Source: Dehalococcoidia bacterium
GTDB taxonomy: Bacteria > Chloroflexota > Dehalococcoidia > Bin125
Direction of reading: 5' to 3'
Length of the DNA stretch: 64,000 bases
NCBI GenBank assembly: GCA_965204335.1
Contig: OZ241982.1
Location: forward strand, 2,183,462-2,247,461
In this document: piece after piece, positions 59,583-64,000 of the stretch
Position numbering within the stretch: the stretch's first letter is position 1
Layout: every line of letters starts with the position of its first letter
Translations under genes and position numbers: made by a program
Notes under the pieces: generated by a model
Told to the model about the DNA's origin: nothing
The model's database searches: none
Seen by the model: the letters and a program-made list of their open reading frames with translations, nothing else

Positions 59583-60698
59583 ATGAGCCAGCGCCCGCCC
59601 GACCCGATTCCGTTCCCACGCGACCGAATCCAACGCGGAGATCGGCGGAGTGCGCCGCCGCCTCCGCAGCAGCAACAACAGCCATCGGGGCCGGTCATCT
59701 ATTCGGCCTCGGGCCAACCGATGCGCCGAGTCCAGCAGCAACCGGCGGCGCCTCCGCCGACGGAGCCCGTGCCGCTTCGACGACCGCCGCCTCCGGCGCA
59801 ACCCGCCGAATCAACGGACGCGTCCGAGCCTCAGGAGCCGCAGGGACTGCACGGCCACGTCGCCGCCGTGATCGACTCGACCGACGCGACCTTTACTCGG
59901 GATGTGATCGAACGCTCGCACGAGTTGCCGGTCATCGTCGACTGTTGGGCGCCGTGGTGCGGACCCTGCCGCATTCTGGGACCAATCCTCGAGAAGCTCG
60001 CCTACGAGCGCGACGGACAGGTGCAACTCGTCAAGGTCAATACGGACGAGAATCCGCAGGTCGCCCAGGCGCTCCAGGTTGAAGGCATTCCGGCCGTCTT
60101 CGCATTCGTCGGCGGACAGCTCGTGAACAAGTTCGTCGGGGCCATCCCGGAGGAACAGGTTCGATCGTTCTACGACTCGCTTGTTCCCTCGGAGGCCGAC
60201 ATCAAGGCGGCCGAGGGCTACCGGATGATGCAGGAGAACCAGATCCCCATCGCCCGACTCCACTTTGAGTCGGCGTTGGAGGAGGACCCCAACCACGAAC
60301 CGGCCGGTGTTGGGCTCGCCGCGATCCTGGTGCGCATGGGAGAGAACGACCGCGCGAAGGAGCTGGCCGGCCGATGGCCCAACCATCCGATGAGCAAGAG
60401 CGTGCTGACCTCGATGGAGCTCACGGCTGCGCTCGAGGGCTACGAGGCCGACGAGATTCGCCGCGCCGCCGGCGCGCATCCCGACGACGCCATGGCGAGA
60501 TATCGCCACGGGTGTCTGCTGGCGGTCGAGAGCCAGTGGATGGAAGCGCTCGACGAAATGCTGGAGTCGGTCAGAATCGACAAAACCGCCGGCGACGAAG
60601 CAGCCCGCAAGACCTTACTCGGCATCTTCGGAATGCTCGGAGACGACCAGCCCGTCGTGGTCGAATATCGCAAGCGCCTCGGCCGCCTGCTCTTCTGA
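59583..60698 (+). CDS. thioredoxin-domain protein with a C-terminal TPR-like region (YbbN/CnoX-like)
   Basis: WCGPC active site followed by a helical repeat domain; preceded by a Pro/Gln-rich region; ATG 59583, and the upstream part of track ORF 59373.. is run-on. Confidence 0.8.
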   Translation: MSQRPPDPIPFPRDRIQRGDRRSAPPPPQQQQQPSGPVIYSASGQPMRRVQQQPAAPPPTEPVPLRRPPPPAQPAESTDASEPQEPQGLHGHVAAVIDSTDATFTRDVIERSHELPVIVDCWAPWCGPCRILGPILEKLAYERDGQVQLVKVNTDENPQVAQALQVEGIPAVFAFVGGQLVNKFVGAIPEEQVRSFYDSLVPSEADIKAAEGYRMMQENQIPIARLHFESALEEDPNHEPAGVGLAAILVRMGENDRAKELAGRWPNHPMSKSVLTSMELTAALEGYEADEIRRAAGAHPDDAMARYRHGCLLAVESQWMEALDEMLESVRIDKTAGDEAARKTLLGIFGMLGDDQPVVVEYRKRLGRLLF

Positions 60699-60702
60699 TC
60701 CG

Positions 60703-60747
60703 CTCTCCCCCCGCGCAGCGGGGGGAGATGCCGCAGGCAGAGGGGGG
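60703..60747 (+). repeat. GC-rich double-hairpin extragenic repeat, copy 4
   Basis: CTCTCCCCCCGC-GCA-GCGGGGGGAG AT GCCGCAGGC AGAGGGGGG, 5 nt after the stop of the thioredoxin-TPR gene. Confidence 0.85.
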
Positions 60748-60825
60748 CGCTCCCGATGCGCAGTGACGCTGATACCGAAGGATGCAGGCCTTCCGATGGC
60801 CTCGGCACGTTCGTAGGCCCCGGCC

Positions 60826-61158
60826 CTACGCCTCGTCCTCTTCCGATCCCCGCGTGTACCACTCGCGAGTCCGCCACCAGGGCATCGGGGTTTCGTCGTC
60901 GATCGGCTTGGCCCGGTTACGAATCGCCCAGATGAACACCACCAGCGTCGCGCCGACGAAGCAGAAGGGGATGAAGAGCGAGGTCGCGAGCGTTTCGTCG
61001 GAGACGTGAATCGATTCCTCTTCGTCTCCGCCCGCTTCGGCGATCTGCAAGGGCTCATGGTCAACGGCGTGCTCGGCTGCCGCCGCCGCACCCAGCGTCA
61101 GCGCACTCAACCCGGCGACCACCGCCAGGACGAGCAGGAATCGTCGAAGCTGCGCCAT
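60826..61158 (-). CDS. small secreted/membrane protein (signal peptide plus C-terminal TM)
   Basis: ATG 61158 preceded by GAGGGG at a suitable spacing; MAQLRRFLLVLAVVAGLSALTLGAAAAAEHAVDHEP...FIPFCFVGATLVVFIWAIRN; lies in an otherwise intergenic stretch and is divergent from 61261; the remainder of track ORF 60826..62163 is antisense run-on. Confidence 0.4.
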   Translation of the reverse strand: MAQLRRFLLVLAVVAGLSALTLGAAAAAEHAVDHEPLQIAEAGGDEEESIHVSDETLATSLFIPFCFVGATLVVFIWAIRNRAKPIDDETPMPWWRTREWYTRGSEEDEA

Positions 61159-61260
61159 TGGATCACACCCCTCAACCGTTCCGACTATCGTAACTCGCCC
61201 TAGTGTCGCGCCAACCGCTGGCATGGTCAATCTCGGCCGGGCCAACGCTAGACTACGGAC

Positions 61261-62940
61261 ATGCACCCACCGACCAAATTCTCCCTGCTTGACGCCGAAG
61301 GGCGGGAACAGCAGTTCCCGCCGGACGGACCCGTGCTGCTGGCGCTCGTCAAGGAGGACTGCGACACCTGCAACCTGACCCTCCCTCTGCTCGAAGCCGT
61401 CCATCGAGACACCGCAGAAGGACTGGACGTCTGGGTCGCCGTCCAGAAGACGGACGACATCCCCGTCCTCAAGCAACGTCACGACCTGACGATGCCCTTG
61501 CTCGACGACGACGCGCTCGATCTCTCCTACGAGACCGACATCGACACGGTTCCGACGCTCTTCCTCTACGACGCGGAGCAGAACTGCACACTGCAAACCT
61601 TCGGCTTCGACAAGCACGAGTGGCGCGAGATCGCGGGCGAGTCGATGACCCTGGCCGGGCGTCCCGGCGTCGAGACCTCGATTGACTGGGAGTCGCTGCC
61701 CGAGCAGCGGCCCGGCTGCGGCGCCCGCAACTACGAGCCGGGCGTCTACGAGCGCCTGCAGGCGCTCAAGAGCGGGGATCTGCTCTCGCGACTGGTCGAC
61801 CTCGCCTCGAGCGACGACATCCACGAGTTCATGTACGACCAGGGCTACACCGACGGCTTCCCGGTCGTGCCGCCGACTCGCGAGCGCGTCTGGAAGATGC
61901 TCCAGGGCACGACCCGGGATCCGCAGGAAGAAGTGGCGATCGTGCCGCCCAACCTGGCGCCGATCACCGTCGAGAAGGTCGCGATCAACGCCGTCATGGC
62001 AGGCGCGAAACCCGAGTATCTGCCCGCGATCATCGCCCTCGTCGAGACCGCCTGCACCGAGACCTTCAACATCCACGGCGTCCTCGCAACCACGATGGGC
62101 GCGACGCCGGTTGGCATCTTCAACGGACCGATCCGCGACCGGATCGGCATGAACTACCTCCACGGAGCGCTCGGCTCAGGCAATCGAGCCAACGCGGCAA
62201 TCGGGCGAGCCCTCCGGCTCTGCGCCCGCAACGTCGGCGGCAGCTTGCCCGGCGGCACCGACCGCGCCACGCAGGGCGGCCCGCATCGATTGACCATGAA
62301 CTTCGCCGAGAACGAGGACGCCAGCCCCTGGGAGTCCCTCGCCGTCGAGTACGGCTTCGAGCCGACCGACGACGTCGCCACGCTGATGGCGATGTCCGGC
62401 GGACCGGCCACGATCGCCGACGAACGCTCCCGCGACGGCAGAGGCATGGCCGGCACGCTGGCGATGTCCATGAGCTGCATGCAGGATCCCAAGTCACCCA
62501 TGGTCGACACCCTGGTCGTACTCTCGCCCGATCACGCCGGCATCTTCGGCCGCTCCGGCTGGTCCAAAGACGATGTGCGCGAGTGCATCATGGAGGAGAC
62601 GGCCATCCCGCTGAAGTACCGTCTCCGCTCGGACGACGCCGGCTGCGGTCTGCCACCGTCCGTCGTGGAGCGGTTCGGCGGCGAAGCCGCGCTCGACCTG
62701 CCGGTGCCCAAGTTCCGCGATAAGTCCAACATCATCCTCGTCGTCGCCGGCTCCCCCGCCGCCAAGTTCTCCACCATCCTCGGCGGCTGGGCCGGGGGAG
62801 TCTATTCCACGCCGACCAGCGCCAGGATCGGATCAGGCGGCGCAGAGGAGATCCGCGGCGCCCGAGACGCCGACATGGACAAGCGCGACTCCGGCGGTCG
62901 CGATCTCGGTGCGTTCGAGCCAAACGTCCGCCGGACTTGA
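61261..62940 (+). CDS. uncharacterised protein: N-terminal thioredoxin-fold (TlpA/redoxin-like, CDTC) domain fused to a ~400-aa conserved domain of unknown function
   Basis: 559 aa; LLALVKEDCDTCNLTLPLLE thioredoxin-fold CxxC; the C-terminal domain (HEFMYDQGYTDGFPVVPPTRERV...LAPITVEKVAINAVMAGAKPEY) is paralogous to the ORF starting at 63697. Confidence 0.7.
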   Translation: MHPPTKFSLLDAEGREQQFPPDGPVLLALVKEDCDTCNLTLPLLEAVHRDTAEGLDVWVAVQKTDDIPVLKQRHDLTMPLLDDDALDLSYETDIDTVPTLFLYDAEQNCTLQTFGFDKHEWREIAGESMTLAGRPGVETSIDWESLPEQRPGCGARNYEPGVYERLQALKSGDLLSRLVDLASSDDIHEFMYDQGYTDGFPVVPPTRERVWKMLQGTTRDPQEEVAIVPPNLAPITVEKVAINAVMAGAKPEYLPAIIALVETACTETFNIHGVLATTMGATPVGIFNGPIRDRIGMNYLHGALGSGNRANAAIGRALRLCARNVGGSLPGGTDRATQGGPHRLTMNFAENEDASPWESLAVEYGFEPTDDVATLMAMSGGPATIADERSRDGRGMAGTLAMSMSCMQDPKSPMVDTLVVLSPDHAGIFGRSGWSKDDVRECIMEETAIPLKYRLRSDDAGCGLPPSVVERFGGEAALDLPVPKFRDKSNIILVVAGSPAAKFSTILGGWAGGVYSTPTSARIGSGGAEEIRGARDADMDKRDSGGRDLGAFEPNVRRT

Positions 62941-63028
62941 GTCGGGATCAGGGGATGTGGAAGAGTAGACTGCGTTAGACACACGGCGCGCCGCAACCCT
63001 GCAGACGGCGCGTTGATGGAGAGGTCCA

Positions 63029-63559
63029 ATGGTTACCCAGATCCTTGACCCAACCGACGAACGAGTGCCGATCAAGCGGCAGCTCACGCCGCGCCCCGAG
63101 GCGCTGCATGGGACGATCGCCCTGCTCGACATCTCCAAGCCGCGCGGCGACGTCTTCCTCGACCGACTCGAGGAGCTCCTGCATGAGCGCGCGCCGGGAG
63201 TCGAAACCAGGCGATTCATGAAGCCGACCGTCGCCAAGCCGGCACCGCAACCGATCAAAGATGCGATCCTGGAGGAGTGCGACTTCGTCATCGAAGCGCT
63301 CGCTGATTGAGGATCCTGCACGACGTGCAGTGTGCACGACACCGTTTTCTTCGAACTGCAGGGCAAGCCCAGCGTCTTCGTCGCCACCTCTGAGTTCATC
63401 AAGGCCGCCAGCCACCAGGCCGAACGCCTCGGACTCGAAGAGGTGCGCCGAGTCTTCATCCCGCATCCGATGCAGGACCGCACGGACGCCGAGATGCACG
63501 AACACGCCGAACGCTTCGTCGACGAAATCCTCGACACCTTGATGGCCCCCGTCGAGTAG
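63029..63559 (+). CDS. candidate selenoprotein with a U-G-S-C motif (in-frame TGA 63308..63310 read as Sec); the ORF track splits it into 63029..63310 and 63332..63559
   Basis: Both fragments share one frame with a single TGA between them; readthrough gives ...DFVIEALAD-U-GSCTTCSVHDTVFFELQGKPSVF...; SD GGAGAGG before ATG 63029 and none before GTG 63332; stem-loop immediately 3' of the TGA. Confidence 0.6.
63311..63345 (+). promoter_or_regulatory. SECIS-like stem-loop immediately downstream of the in-frame UGA
   Basis: CUGCAC-GAC-GUGCAG (63316..63330), with alternative GUGCA-GUG-UGCAC pairing extending to 63337; starts 5 nt after the UGA. Confidence 0.45.
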
Positions 63560-63570
63560 TCCACCGGTCC

Positions 63571-63601
63571 CCTCACCCTCGCACTTGATGCAGGGGTGAG
63601 G
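63571..63601 (+). terminator. hairpin CCTCACCC-N15-GGGTGAGG after the selenoprotein-candidate stop
   Basis: 8-bp GC-rich stem 12 nt after the stop; no clear U-tract. Confidence 0.35.
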
Positions 63602-63620
63602 CCCTCCGGTCCCACTTCCC

Positions 63621-63665
63621 CCCTCCCCCCGCTCCGCGGGGGGAGATGCCGAAGGCAGAGGGGGG
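63621..63665 (+). repeat. GC-rich double-hairpin extragenic repeat, copy 5
   Basis: CTCCCCCCGC-TCC-GCGGGGGGAG AT GCCGAAGGC AGAGGGGGG. Confidence 0.85.
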
Positions 63666-63696
63666 CTCCCCCTCCACCGAACAGCCACCTAAGGCG

Positions 63697-64000
63697 CCAC
63701 CGTGCCCGCCGAATCCGACACCTTCACGCGAATCATCGAAATCGCCGAACACGACGACGTCTACGAGTTCATGTTCGCGCAGGGCATTACCGACGGCCTG
63801 CCCGTCGTCCCGCCGACCCGCGAGCGAGTCGACCGCATGCTCGCCTTCGCTCCGGACCACTGGAGCGAATCACAGAAGATCGTCGCCACGCTCCCGCCCA
63901 ACCTGGCGCCGATGACGGTCGAGAAGGCCGCCATCAACGCCGTCATGGCCGGCTGCAAGCCCGAATACTTCCCAACCGTGCTGGCCTCGGTCGAGGCCGC
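63697..64000 (+). CDS. paralog of the 61261..62940 C-terminal domain (partial, runs off the window end); appears to lack the thioredoxin-fold N-domain
   Basis: A GTG near 63697 (VPAESDTFTRIIEIAEHDDVYEFMFAQGITDGLPVVPPTRERVDRML...LAPMTVEKAAINAVMAGCKPEY) aligns by eye with residues ~200-290 of the 61261 protein. Confidence 0.6.

Noticed and set aside
60826-62163. 445-aa minus-strand ORF taken as a single gene
   Set aside because: Most of it is antisense to the well-formed 61261..62940 gene. Only the non-overlapping distal part (60826..61158) has a start with an SD and membrane-protein features, and that part is called separately.
38376-63665. Possibility that the five GC-rich repeats form a CRISPR array
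   Set aside because: Spacing between copies is irregular at 2.4-17 kb. The copies are separated by ordinary genes, there are no short unique spacers, and no cas genes are present.

Overview
This is a high-GC (roughly two-thirds G+C) bacterial chromosomal segment that is densely packed with core housekeeping genes, apparently from a Chloroflexota- or Actinobacteria-like organism (an inference from gene content and composition, not verified). Recognisable loci, in order along the window, are a partial cytochrome P450, moeA, pheS-pheT, an rplT-rpmI-infC-accBC-thrS cluster on the minus strand preceded by tRNA-Val, a tRNA-Lys/tRNA-Leu pair, two orphan OppD/OppF-type ABC ATPases, lepA, rsmA-ispE, a PHP phosphoesterase plus an exonuclease-fused DinG helicase, cca, rnc-smc-ftsY, dinB, a small malic enzyme, lipB-lipA divergent from a complete pyruvate dehydrogenase complex (aceE, E2, lpdA), and folP. 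The most notable non-housekeeping content is listed next. (1) A UGSC-motif gene at 63029..63559 carries an in-frame TGA followed by a SECIS-like hairpin, which makes it a candidate selenoprotein that the ORF track splits in two; it sits between two paralogous large proteins, one of which has an N-terminal thioredoxin-fold CxxC domain, and lies downstream of a thioredoxin-TPR protein and an FmdB zinc ribbon. (2) A roughly 45-bp double-hairpin GC-rich extragenic repeat occurs five times, always in the same orientation just 3' of plus-strand genes, and its second hairpin shows compensatory base changes between copies. (3) A minus-strand operon encodes a serine-palmitoyltransferase-like PLP enzyme, an epimerase-family reductase, a HAD hydrolase and an SRPBCC protein, which suggests sphingoid or aminolipid chemistry. 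(4) Several uncharacterised proteins are present, including a 476-aa protein between lepA and rsmA, Zn-ribbon plus small-membrane-protein genes that are translationally coupled to cca, and tandem cupins. Many long ORFs in the track are antisense artefacts typical of GC-rich DNA and were not called.
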